64,000 nt of DNA, from assembly GCA_963821525.1 (NCBI GenBank), contig CAWGED010000005.1:864001-928000 (forward strand), in the 5' to 3' direction. The notes under the pieces are model-generated. The model did not search any database. It was not told where the DNA came from and saw only the letters and a program-made list of their open reading frames with translations. The position numbers were made by a program, and so were the translations under genes. The DNA is from an uncultured Gemmatimonadales bacterium (GTDB lineage Bacteria; Gemmatimonadota; Gemmatimonadetes; Gemmatimonadales; GWC2-71-9). Of the stretch, positions 9,949 to 20,290 are shown piece by piece. The number at the start of each line of letters is the position of its first letter. Within the stretch, counting starts at the first letter, position 1.

Positions 9949-11265
9949 ATGCAGGACCGTTTCGTATCCCATCTCGCTTCCCTCGACATCCAGCCTGCCC
10001 GCGCCATTGTCGCGGTGTCGGGCGGGCCGGATTCGGTTGCCCTGCTCGACCTCCTGCTCCAGAGCCGGGAGTCTCACCAGCTCGACCTCCTGGTCGCGCA
10101 CGCGGACCACGGTATTTCCCCGGAAAGTGGTGACGTCGCCGTGCGGGTAGGCGAGCTCGCCCGCGTCGCCGGACTCCCGTTCGTGACCGCACGGCTTGCT
10201 CTGGGGCCCGAGGCCAGTGAGACCGAGGCGCGGGAGGCGCGATATGGCTGGCTGCGCCGGATGCGGGAGGCTCACGACGCGAGGTGGATCTTCACCGCTC
10301 ATCACGCAGACGACCAGGCCGAGACCGTATTGCTGCGCGCACTCGGGGGAAGCGGACCCGCGGGTCTCGCGGGAATGAAGCCAATCGAGGGAGACATTGT
10401 CCGGCCATTGCTCGGCTTCTCCCGCGCCGAGCTGCTCGCTTACGTGGAATCTCGCGGTCTCTGGTACTGGCACGATCCGGCCAATGAGGATGCGCGGCAT
10501 TTGCGCTCCTGGCTCCGGCACAGTGTGATGCCTCGGCTCAGAGAGCGGATCACCGACGTCGACCAGCGCCTGCGTGACGTGGGACGTCAGGCTGCCGCAG
10601 ACCGGGCCGCGTGGGATGCGGCACTTGATGTGGTGCCGGGACTCGACTGGCAGGTCGAGCCTGAGGGTGCATCTCTCGATGCAGCCACTTTGGCTCGTGT
10701 CGAGCCCTCACTCGGCGCGGCGCTGGCCATGGCGTGGGTCCGGCGTGCGGGAGGAGTGCTGGGACTGCGGCACGGGAGCCGGGTCCTGGCGTTCGCCAAA
10801 GAGTCTGAGAGCGGCGCCCGGCTGGAGTTGCCGAGTGGCTGGGTGGTGGAGCGGGGATTCGATCGGCTGCTTCTCTTGCGGCCGCGTTCTCCGGTCGTGG
10901 CCGAGGTGGTACTTCCTTCGGAGACCACAGGAGAGCTCAATTGGGGAAACTGGCGACTCGAATGGCGCCAGGAATCGGCGCCTCAGGTCCAGAAGCGGAA
11001 CGGCATGACAGCCTGGTTCGTCCCCGAGACCATGCTGCTCCGCACTTGGCGGGCGGGGGACCGGGTCGCTCCGATCGGCGGCACAGGACGGCGGCTCGCC
11101 GTTCGTTGTTTTCAGGACGCCCGGGTGCCCCGCATGCGGCGAAGCCAGTGGCCGGTCTTCGACCGGGAGGGCACGGTGATCTGGATTCCCGGAGTTTGTC
11201 GCTCCTCTCTGCTGCTACCGGCTGCCGGCAGTCCGGCGCTTCGGGTCGATGTCGCTCCCCGCTGA
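9949..11265 (+). CDS. tilS: tRNA(Ile)-lysidine synthetase
   Basis: VAVSGGPDS PP-loop, ARYGWL, TAHHADDQAETVL, VRPLL, DPAN; tilS-hpt-ftsH order. Confidence 0.95.
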   Translation: MQDRFVSHLASLDIQPARAIVAVSGGPDSVALLDLLLQSRESHQLDLLVAHADHGISPESGDVAVRVGELARVAGLPFVTARLALGPEASETEAREARYGWLRRMREAHDARWIFTAHHADDQAETVLLRALGGSGPAGLAGMKPIEGDIVRPLLGFSRAELLAYVESRGLWYWHDPANEDARHLRSWLRHSVMPRLRERITDVDQRLRDVGRQAAADRAAWDAALDVVPGLDWQVEPEGASLDAATLARVEPSLGAALAMAWVRRAGGVLGLRHGSRVLAFAKESESGARLELPSGWVVERGFDRLLLLRPRSPVVAEVVLPSETTGELNWGNWRLEWRQESAPQVQKRNGMTAWFVPETMLLRTWRAGDRVAPIGGTGRRLAVRCFQDARVPRMRRSQWPVFDREGTVIWIPGVCRSSLLLPAAGSPALRVDVAPR

Positions 11266-11812
11266 GGTGACCCGGAGAGTAGGCGCCCGGAGCCTGCGCC
11301 GGGTGGTCTACGACGCCGAGACGATTCGGCGGCGGATAGTCGAGCTGGGGCGGGAGATCACCAGCGCATATCCCGACGGCGATCTGCTCCTGGTGGGTCT
11401 CCTCAAGGGCAGTTTCATGTTCCTGGCCGATCTGGTGCGGGAAATCGAGCGGCCCCTTCAGGTAGACTTCATCCGGGTCAGCTCCTACGGGACCGGGCGG
11501 GAGTCCTCGGGGCGGGTCGAGCTGCTGTACGATCCTGAGACCAGCCTCCAGGGCAAGCACGTTGTGCTCGTTGAGGATATAATTGATAGCGGGAGAACGC
11601 TGGCCCGACTCATCGCGTTGCTCCAGTCCCGGGGCCCCGCGAGCCTCAGCGTCTCCGCCTTGCTGGACAAGCAGTTAGCCGACGTGCTGCCGGAAGCGCG
11701 GTTCATCGGCTTCGTGGCACCGCCGGTCTTTCTGGTCGGCTATGGTTTGGATCACGCGGAAGAGTTCCGGCATCTTCCGTTTATCGCGGAGCTGGATGAA
11801 CTGAATGGCTGA
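11249..11812 (+). CDS. hpt: Hypoxanthine phosphoribosyltransferase
   Basis: [29 protein letters not shown] motif, FLVGYGLD. Confidence 0.95.
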   Translation: MSLPAEVTRRVGARSLRRVVYDAETIRRRIVELGREITSAYPDGDLLLVGLLKGSFMFLADLVREIERPLQVDFIRVSSYGTGRESSGRVELLYDPETSLQGKHVVLVEDIIDSGRTLARLIALLQSRGPASLSVSALLDKQLADVLPEARFIGFVAPPVFLVGYGLDHAEEFRHLPFIAELDELNG

Positions 11813-13791
11813 ACGGTTACCCTCTCGCCCGCCTCGTCCTGATTGGCGGAACATGCGCAATAATCTTGCGCTCTGGCTGCTGGTGGCTCTGGTGGCCATG
11901 GCCCTGTTCCAGCTGATGAACAGTCAGCGGGCGTCGATGCAGGAGTTCACTTACACCGCCTTCAAGCAGCAGTTGGAGGCCGGCAACGTCGCGTCCGTCA
12001 CGGTGTACGATGGTCGCCAGGTGGAAGGCGAATTCCGCGCCCCGGTTCCTCAGGATGGTCGTCAGGCCAAGACCTTCTCGGTCCTGCTTCCCATCGCCAA
12101 CAGCGAAACCTTCCTGGCCGAGCTGGAGAAGGCTGGCGTGCCCATTTCGGCCAAGGAGCCGAAGGTGGGCATCGCGAATTTCCTCATCGCCGCTTTGCCC
12201 TGGATCGTGATCATCGGCCTCTGGCTCTTCCTCCTGCGCCAGCTGCAGGCGGGAGGCAGTCGCGCGTTCTCCTTCGGCAAATCGAAGGCTCGGCTGCTCG
12301 CGGGAGACACTCCCAAGCTGACCTTCGCCGACGTGGCCGGTTGCGACGAGGCCAAGGTCGAGTTGCAGGAGATCATCGAGTTCCTGAAGGATCCCCAGAA
12401 GTTCACCCGGCTGGGTGGACGGCTTCCCAAGGGCGCCCTTCTGGTCGGTCCTCCGGGCACCGGCAAGACCCTGCTCGCCAAGGCGGTGGCCGGTGAAGCC
12501 GGGCGGCCGTTCTTCTCGATGTCGGGTTCCGACTTCGTGGAGATGTTCGTCGGCGTCGGTGCCTCGCGGGTGCGCGACCTGTTCGAACAGGGCAAGGCCC
12601 ACGCGCCCTGCATCATCTTCATCGATGAAATCGACGCCGTCGGCCGGCACCGCGGCGCCGGACTGGGCGGCGGCCACGACGAGCGGGAGCAGACCCTGAA
12701 TCAGCTGCTGGTCGAGATGGACGGCTTCGAGTCGAACGAAGGCGTCATCCTCGTCGCGGCCACCAACCGTCCCGATGTGCTCGATCCCGCGTTGCTGCGT
12801 CCCGGGCGCTTCGACCGGCAGATCGTGGTTGACGCTCCCGACGTGCGGGGCAGGGAAGGGATTCTCCGAGTGCACACCCGGAAGATCCCGCTCTCGGCCG
12901 ATGTGAATCTGGAGACGCTGGCCAAGGGCACTCCCGGCATGGCCGGGGCAGATCTCGCGAATCTGGTGAACGAGGCGGCGGTGCTCGCCGCGCGGCGCAA
13001 CAAGTCGCTGGTGGACATGTCGGACTTCGAGGACGCCAAGGACAAGGTGATGCTGGGCCTCGAGCGTCGCAGCCTGGTGCTCACCGAGGAAGAGCGGCGT
13101 CTCACGGCGTATCACGAGGCCGGGCATGCCATCGTCGCCCTGAGCACTCCGGGGGCGGATCCGATCCACAAGGTCACCATCGTTCCCCGGGGCCGTGCGC
13201 TTGGGGATCACCCTCGGGTTGCCGGACAAGGACCGCTACAACTACACCAAGGAATGGCTGCTCGGCGAGCTGGTCATCTTCTTCGGCGGCCGGGCGGCCG
13301 AAGAGCTCGTCTTCGGTCCCGACCAGGTCACTGCCGGCGCTTCCAACGACATCGAACGCGCCACAAACATCGCGCGCCGGATGGTAACCCAGTTCGGGAT
13401 GAGCGACAGCATCGGCATGATGGCGGTGGGAGACAAGGAGCAGGAGATCTTCCTGGGCCGTGAATTCTCGCAGCGGCGCGAGATCTCCGAGCGGACCGCC
13501 GAGGCGGTGGATGATGAAGTCAAGAAGATGCTCGATACGGCCTACCGGCACGCCCTCGAAATCGTGCGATCCCGCCGCGAGCTGCTCGATCGCATGGTCG
13601 AGGCGTTGATGGATCGGGAGACGCTTGACCGGGAAGAGGTGGACCTGCTGTACCAGGGCCAGCCGCTTCCTCCCAAGCCGCCGGCGCCGCCGGTTCCCCC
13701 CGCTGCGGTGGCTCCGGCCATTAAGCCCGACGCTCCGCCGCAGCGCACCCCCATTCTCGGCGCGCCCCCAGCGGAACCCGCCGGCGCGTGA
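11805..13791 (+). CDS. ftsH: ATP-dependent zinc metalloprotease FtsH (frameshift near 13205)
   Basis: Two TM segments, [38 protein letters not shown]. Confidence 0.97.
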
Positions 13792-14963
13792 TCGTCACCC
13801 CGCTGGCGACTCACTCGTCGCGCGCGGTCAGAGAAACACTCACTTCCCACGGCTGGGATGAACCTCGGGCCGAGTCCGCTGCCAGCGGACTCGGCCCGTA
13901 TGCCGTCATGGCGGAGGGCTTGAGCGAGGAAGTGCTCGCCGTCCTGCTCCGCCACGGCGGCTCGCTCGGTCTCGAGATCATCACCGGTGATGACTGGGCA
14001 ATCGTGGCGGGAAGTCTGTCGCGGATCGGTGCCTTGGCCCGCCCGTGGGGCGGTCCGCCCGAACTGGCTGCCGTCGCGCACCAGATCGGCTTGGCGCTTC
14101 CGCCCGAACAACCGCCTGTCTGGATAACCGCCCGCGGCACCGTCTCGCTGGAACGGCCGGTCATTCTCGGAATCCTCAACGTCACGCCCGATTCCTTCAG
14201 CGATGGAGGCCGCTTCAGCCAGCTCGACGACGCGCTGGCCCAGGCCGACCGTCTGCTCGCCGACGGAGCCGGCATGCTGGACATAGGCGGCGAATCTACC
14301 CGTCCCGGCAATCCCGATCCGGTTCCCGAAGACGAGGAGCTGCGGCGAGTCATCCCTGTCATCGAGGCTTTGGTCCGCCGGCATCCCGGCCTCATGCTTT
14401 CGGTGGACACGGTGAAGGCCGGGGTGGCCCGCACGGCAATCGACGCCGGGGCTGCGGTCATCAACGACGTATCCGCCTTCCGGCTCGATCCGGCTATGGC
14501 GGCGACGGCAGCGGAACTGAGAGCCGGAGTGGTCCTCATGCACTCGCGCGGCACCACGAGCACCATGGCTACTCTGGATCACGCGGAGTACGAAGGAGAC
14601 GTGGTCGCGGTGGTGCGCCGGGAGCTGTCCGATGCCGCGGCCAGGGCGGTGTCCGCGGGGATTCCCGATGAGAACATCGTCCTCGATCCCGGCCTCGGGT
14701 TCGCGAAGACCGCCGAGCACAACCTCCTGATCACCGACCGGCTGGCGGAGCTGGTTGCGTTGGGCCGGCCCGTTCTGGTCGGGCCCTCGCGCAAGCGATT
14801 CCTCGGCAGCGTCACGGGACGCGAAGTGGCCGAGCGAGACATGGCGACTGCGGCCGCCTGTGTGGTGGCCTACGAGCGCGGTGCGACTCTGTTCCGGGTG
14901 CACAACGTCGCACTGACCAGAGACGCTCTTGCCGTCGCGCATGCGGTGAGAGGGAGCCGATGA
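13788..14963 (+). CDS. folP: Dihydropteroate synthase with an N-terminal extension
   Basis: GILNVTPDSFSDGG, DIGGESTRPG, DPGLGFAK, SRKRF, FRVHNV. Confidence 0.95.
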   Translation: MIVTPLATHSSRAVRETLTSHGWDEPRAESAASGLGPYAVMAEGLSEEVLAVLLRHGGSLGLEIITGDDWAIVAGSLSRIGALARPWGGPPELAAVAHQIGLALPPEQPPVWITARGTVSLERPVILGILNVTPDSFSDGGRFSQLDDALAQADRLLADGAGMLDIGGESTRPGNPDPVPEDEELRRVIPVIEALVRRHPGLMLSVDTVKAGVARTAIDAGAAVINDVSAFRLDPAMAATAAELRAGVVLMHSRGTTSTMATLDHAEYEGDVVAVVRRELSDAAARAVSAGIPDENIVLDPGLGFAKTAEHNLLITDRLAELVALGRPVLVGPSRKRFLGSVTGREVAERDMATAAACVVAYERGATLFRVHNVALTRDALAVAHAVRGSR

Positions 14964-15754
14964 ACGCCTCGCTCGCTGTTCCGCCGTTCCTGGTCCCGAC
15001 CTGGAGGGACGTCGTCCAGATCCTGCTGGTCGCCCTGGTGATCTACCGGGGGCTTCGCTTCCTGGTGGGCACCAAGGCGCTGCAGATCGTGCTGGGGTTG
15101 GCACTGCTCGCGGCGATCTACATCGTCGCCTTTCTGCTCCGCTTCACGATGATCACCTACCTCCTGGGCCTGGTCTTCACCTACGGCGCCTTCGCCGCCC
15201 TGGTGGTCTTCGTGCCCGAGCTCAGGAGCGTGCTGGCCCGGCTGGGACAGTCCCGCATCTTCCGGTTCTTCTCCCCGATCAAGAGCACCGCGGTGGCGGA
15301 GCAGGTGGCTGAGGCGTTGGAGCGGCTGAGCCGGAATGCCACCGGGGCCATCATCGCGATCGAACGGGAAAACACCTTGGACGAGTACTTGGCTAGCGGC
15401 ACCGAGATGGAGGCGCGGGTCTCGGCCGACCTGCTGACCACCATCTTCACGCCCTATTCACCACTGCACGACGGGGCGGTCGTCGTGCGGGGGGACCAGA
15501 TCATCGGGGCGGGGTGCATCCTGCCCCTGACCCAGCAGCCGGTCACCGACCGGTCGCTGGGGACCCGGCACCGGGCGGCCTTGGGCTTAAGCGAGGAGAC
15601 GGATGCCCTGGTGCTCGTCGTATCAGAGGAAAGCACCATGATCAGCCTCGCTGTCCGCGGCGAGCTGCGACGTGGAGTAACACCTGAAGAGGTTCAAGTA
15701 TTACTTGAAGGTGGCTCGCCAGACGCCCTGCTCCCTCCGGCCCCGTCGCGATAG
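14960..15754 (+). CDS. cdaA: Membrane diadenylate cyclase CdaA/DacA
   Basis: Three N-terminal TM segments, HDGAV and GTRHRAALG catalytic motifs. Confidence 0.93.
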   Translation: MNASLAVPPFLVPTWRDVVQILLVALVIYRGLRFLVGTKALQIVLGLALLAAIYIVAFLLRFTMITYLLGLVFTYGAFAALVVFVPELRSVLARLGQSRIFRFFSPIKSTAVAEQVAEALERLSRNATGAIIAIERENTLDEYLASGTEMEARVSADLLTTIFTPYSPLHDGAVVVRGDQIIGAGCILPLTQQPVTDRSLGTRHRAALGLSEETDALVLVVSEESTMISLAVRGELRRGVTPEEVQVLLEGGSPDALLPPAPSR

Positions 15755-15771
15755 CTCCAGACAACCGACCT

Positions 15772-18142
15772 TTGCCACCTCGTCCTCCATACCGCCTCGC
15801 GCTGCTGGCCGCGGCCCTGGTCCTCACGGGGTACGTGATCACCCTGGCCCCTACCGTGACCTTCTGGGACGCCGGGGAGTTCATCGCGGCGGCCAAGACC
15901 CTTGGGATTCCCCATCCGCCGGGTACACCGCTTTTCACCCTGATCGCCCACGTGTGGGGAACCCTGGTGCCGGTGGGCGAGTATGCCGTCCGCCTCAACC
16001 TGCTGAGCGCCCTGCTGAGTGCCGCGGGGGCGGGTTGCTTCTTCCTTGTGGTTCACGAGAGCCTCGCCAAAGCGGGTGATGAATCAGCCGGCGGGCGGCT
16101 GCTCAGGGTCGGGGGCTCATTCGCCGCGATCCTGATCGCGGCATTCACCTTCACCGTCTGGCAGAACTCGAACGAGACCGAGGTCTACGCCATCGCCACC
16201 TTCACCATCGCGGCCATCTGCTGGGCCTGCATGGTTTGGCGGAGGCAGCGGGGTACCGGCACGGGCGAGTCACACTCTCCTGCTCATTCTCTACCTGGCC
16301 GGCGCATCCATCGGGAATCACCTCCTGGCGCTTCTCGCCGGCCCAGCCGTGGTGGCATTCCTGTGGGCGATGATCGTCATCGAGCCCGCAGCCGACCCCG
16401 ATCAGAGGGCGGTTGAGCAGGCTCAGCTGGCGGTTGTAGCAGGAACCTGGGCGCTTCTGATCGGCGGAGGACTGGGGAGTACTGCACTCACGGTCGTCGG
16501 GGCGCTGTGCTACCTGGTGGCGTTGGTCGTGGCGTTTCGTGCCCGGATGATCCCATTCGCGCTCGTGGCCTTTGCGGTCGCAGCGGTGGGAGTGACGAGC
16601 TACCTCTTCCTCTATATCCGCTCGGGCCAGCACCCGCCGATCAACGAGGCCCAGCCGGACAACTGGAACGCCTTGCTCGCGGTGATCCGGCGTCAGCAGT
16701 ACCCGGTTCGAACCCCGTGGGACGATCCCACCGTTCTCCACGGGCCCGACAATCCGGGCCGCACCCCGACCATGTTGTTGCTGCAGCTGGTGAACTACCT
16801 GCAGTACTACGACTGGCAGTGGGCCAACGGCATCAGGAAGATTCTCCACATCGGCGAAGTTGCCTTCCCGGTCCGCACCTTCTTCACGATCCTCTTCACC
16901 GGGCTGGGCCTCCGCGGGCTGTTCTATCACCGCCGGACCGACCGTGCGGGATGGTGGCTCCTCTTCACGTTGTTTCTCACCACCGGCCTGGTGCTCATGT
17001 TGTACATGAACTTCAAGCCGGGATACTCCCTCGGGTTCGATCTCTACCCGAGGACGGGCGATCACGAGGTTCGGGAGCGGGACTACTTCTTCGTGGTGAG
17101 CTACGTGGTGTGGGGACTCTGGGCCGGGATGGGACTGGGGACGCTGGTTCGGACGCTGATGGAGCGCTGGAGAGTGCCCGCGTTCGTCGGCGCCGGCATT
17201 CTCGCCTTCTCGCTCCTTCCCTTCGCCGGCAACTTCACCGCCGCTTCTCGCCGGCACGGTCCCGACGCGCGGCTCGCGGCCGATTTCGCCTACGACCTCC
17301 TCAACACCGTTCCCCCGTATGGCGTTCTTTTCACCTACGGCGACAACGACACCTTCCCGCTCTGGTGGGCCCAGGAGGTGGAAGGTGTGCGGCGGGACGT
17401 GACGGTGGTTTGCCTCGCTCTGGCGCAGACCGACTGGTACATGCGCCAGCTCCGGGACAACCCGACCCGCTCCTTCGAGGAGTCGCGCGCTCCCGCCATC
17501 TGGCAGGGGCGGAATCCCAAGGAGCCGGATTGGCCGGCGCACACCCTGACCAATGAGCAGATCGGGGGAATCCGTCCCCTGGCGCTCCCTCAGGATCTGA
17601 CGATCCCGATTGGAGCAATCACCAAGCACTATCCCTCCGGCACCGTCTTCATGACCAACGATCTGCTGGTCATGAGGGTACTGCAGCAGAACCTCGGTCG
17701 CCGCCCCATCGTCTGGGCCATGACGACCGGTCGTGACTATCAGGGTCTCGACTCCTACGTGGTGCAGCAGGGGCTCGGCTTCCGCCTCGAGCAGGCCTTG
17801 CCCGACTCAACCTCGCCCGACCTTGATCGCGGGCGAATCCTCGGTGCCGTGATAGATGTTCCCATGACTGATCGCCTGTTATGGGAGACCTACCGCTTCG
17901 GGAAGATGGCTGAGCCGCACGACGAGGCGCGCTCTGGAGCCCACCTCCGCCGGTATCGCGAACAATCTGGGCCTCCCCTTCGCGCAGGTGGCGAATGCCT
18001 ACGAGAATCGCGGCGACCTGGATCGAGCGGTGAAGAACCTCGAGCGCGCCACGGTCATCTCGACCAATCCGGCCATCGAAGGAGGCGATGTAGCAATTGC
18101 TGCTGGAGAGGGCGCGGGACTCGACAGCGGGCGGAGGAGTAG
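15772..18142 (+). CDS. DUF2723 (TMEM260-like) membrane glycosyltransferase with a C-terminal TPR (frameshifted)
   Basis: WDAGEFIAAAKTLGIPHPPGTPLF, ETEVYA, ERDYFF, FTYGDNDTFPLW motifs; many TM segments. Confidence 0.85.
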
Positions 18143-18220
18143 GGAGTAGGTGGCAGTCACAGCACCCCTACTCTCCTACATCCCTATTCCCTACTCCCTG
18201 CTTCCCGTTCCTCACTCCCC
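18136..18220. repeat. Inverted degenerate heptamer tracts (GGAGTAG)2 / (CCCTACT-like)n
   Basis: GGAGTAG GGAGTAG ... CCCTACT CTCCTAC ATCCCTA TTCCCTA CTCCCTG. Confidence 0.7.
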
Positions 18221-18260
18221 ACCTTCAATAAACCCCCACCCCGTCCTACATTTCCCCACC

Positions 18261-18947
18261 ATGTCCTACCCCGGACTGGCTGAGCGCGTCGCCGAGGTTC
18301 GGACGCGCATAGCAGAGCGTCAGGCCGTGGGCGGATGGACCCATCCCGTCACGATCGTAGCGGTTACCAAGACTCACGGTCCCGATGCGGTCGAGGCGGC
18401 GATCGCAGCAGGCATCACTGCGGTCGGTGAGAACCGGGTGCAGGAGGCGCTGAGCAAGCAGGATGCGCTTCCCGGTGCGCCGATCGAGTGGCACCTGATC
18501 GGGACTCTGCAACGCAACAAGGCGAAGCATGCGGCCGGCCGCTTCGCGCTGATTCACTCGGTGGATCGCGAGGACCTGGCTCAAGAGCTGGATCGCAGGA
18601 CGCCCGAGGGTGGCACTCAGCCGATCCTGGTCCAGGTGAATTGCTCGGCGGAGCCGCAGAAGGGCGGGGTAGAGCCGGATGCGTTGACTGGGTTGCTCGA
18701 TGCGTTGCGGGGGCATCCCCACTTGGTTGTGCGTGGCTTGATGACGATGGCCGAGTTTACCGACGATCCGGTGGTGCAGCGGCGCACCTTCAAGCTGCTC
18801 CGAACTCTGCGGGACGAGGCGGAAACCCGCGGCCACCGTTTGCCCGAACTTTCGATGGGAATGTCTGGCGATTACCTCGTGGCGATCGAGGAAGGCGCCA
18901 CGATGGTCAGGCTGGGAACCCTGCTCTTCGGAGAACGCCGCTTATGA
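18261..18947 (+). CDS. yggS: PLP homeostasis protein, YggS family
   Basis: VAVTKT (PLP lysine), GENRVQE, WHLIGTLQRNK, LSMGMSGD, VRLGT. Confidence 0.95.
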   Translation: MSYPGLAERVAEVRTRIAERQAVGGWTHPVTIVAVTKTHGPDAVEAAIAAGITAVGENRVQEALSKQDALPGAPIEWHLIGTLQRNKAKHAAGRFALIHSVDREDLAQELDRRTPEGGTQPILVQVNCSAEPQKGGVEPDALTGLLDALRGHPHLVVRGLMTMAEFTDDPVVQRRTFKLLRTLRDEAETRGHRLPELSMGMSGDYLVAIEEGATMVRLGTLLFGERRL

Positions 18948-19459
18948 CCGACGACGTCTTTCACCTGACGCCCAATGACGTCCGGGGCCAGCAGTTCCGT
19001 CGCGTCCTGCGGGGATACGATGCCGCGCAGGTCGAGGAGTTCAAGGAACGCGCCGCCGATGAGATGGAGCGCCTGCTCCGGGATCGCGCGAAGCTGGATG
19101 AGCGGCTTCAGGGGTTCCAGGAACAGCTGCGGGCCTTCCGCGAGCGTGAACGCGCCATGAACGAGGCGTTGCTCGCCGCGCAGCAGCTCAGAGTGGCCGC
19201 CCAGGAACAGGCCGAGAAGGAGGCCGAGGCGATTCTGCGGGAGGCCCGCGCCGATTCGCTGCGAATGGTCGGCCAGGCCCAGGATGAGGAGCGTCAGGTG
19301 CGGGAACGGCACGAGACGCTGAGCCGACAGTTCGCCGCGTACCTCGCCAACTTCCGCGCCCTGCTGGAGCGCCAGCTGGGCGAGATCGAAGGTCTGCAGG
19401 CCCACGCCCAGATCACCCACCAGGTGCAGACCGAGCTGCTGCTCAAACGCCACGCATGA
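18944..19459 (+). CDS. divIVA: DivIVA-domain protein
   Basis: LTPNDVRGQQFRRVLRGYDAAQVEEF DivIVA N-terminus plus a coiled coil; ATGA overlap with yggS. Confidence 0.9.
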   Translation: MTDDVFHLTPNDVRGQQFRRVLRGYDAAQVEEFKERAADEMERLLRDRAKLDERLQGFQEQLRAFRERERAMNEALLAAQQLRVAAQEQAEKEAEAILREARADSLRMVGQAQDEERQVRERHETLSRQFAAYLANFRALLERQLGEIEGLQAHAQITHQVQTELLLKRHA

Positions 19460-20290
19460 ACGAACCGGTCCTCTATGACCGGGTCCAGGCTGCCGCTCGC
19501 ACCATCCGGGATCGATCCCCTCGCCGACCCGCCGCTGCGATCATTCTCGGCACCGGGCTCGGCGGTCTTGCCAAGGAAATCAAGGCAGAAGCCGTCATCC
19601 CCTACGAGGAAATCCCCGGGTTTCCCCTCTCGACCGTCGAGGCTCACGCCGGCCGCCTGATTCTCGGAAGCCTGAGCGGCAAGCCGGTCGTCGCCATGCA
19701 GGGACGGTTTCACCGGTACGAAGGGTATTCCCTCCAGCAGGTCACCTTTCCCGTTCGCGTCATGCACGCCCTCGGCGCCGAGACACTCGTGGTGTCCAAC
19801 GCCTGCGGAGGGATGCATCCGCTCTGGGCGCCGGGGGACCTCGATGCTGATCGCCGATCACATCAATCTCATCGGCGACAATCCGCTCATCGGTCCTCAC
19901 GACGAACGGCTCGGTCCCCGCTTCCCCGACATGTCGCAGCCGTATGATGAGAGCCTTCGCGCGATGGCGCGAAAGCTGGCGCTCGAGTTGGGCATCACGC
20001 TCAGGGAAGGCGTCTATGTCGCGGTGACCGGTCCAAACCTCGAAACCCGGGCGGAGTACCGGATGCTTCGCGCTATGGGCGCAGACGTCGTGGGGATGTC
20101 TACCGTGCCCGAGGTCATCGTGGCGGTGCAGGAGGGGATGAAGGTCCTGGGGATTTCGATCATCACCGACCAGTGCCTCCCGGACGCGCTGGAACCGGCG
20201 AGTCTCGAGAAGATCATCGCGGTTGCCAACCGGGCCGAACCTTCGCTGACCCGGCTGGTGTCCGGAGTGGTGGAGCGTCTGGCTGCATGA
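19456..20290 (+). CDS. punA: Purine-nucleoside phosphorylase (frameshift near 19845)
   Basis: [34 protein letters not shown]. Confidence 0.92.

Noticed and set aside
18150..18260. N-terminal extensions of YggS (and of the M23 peptidase at 61219-61278) in the ORF track
   Set aside because: They are translations of the repeat tracts (PYSLLP-like, PTPT-like); downstream ATGs match the family starts
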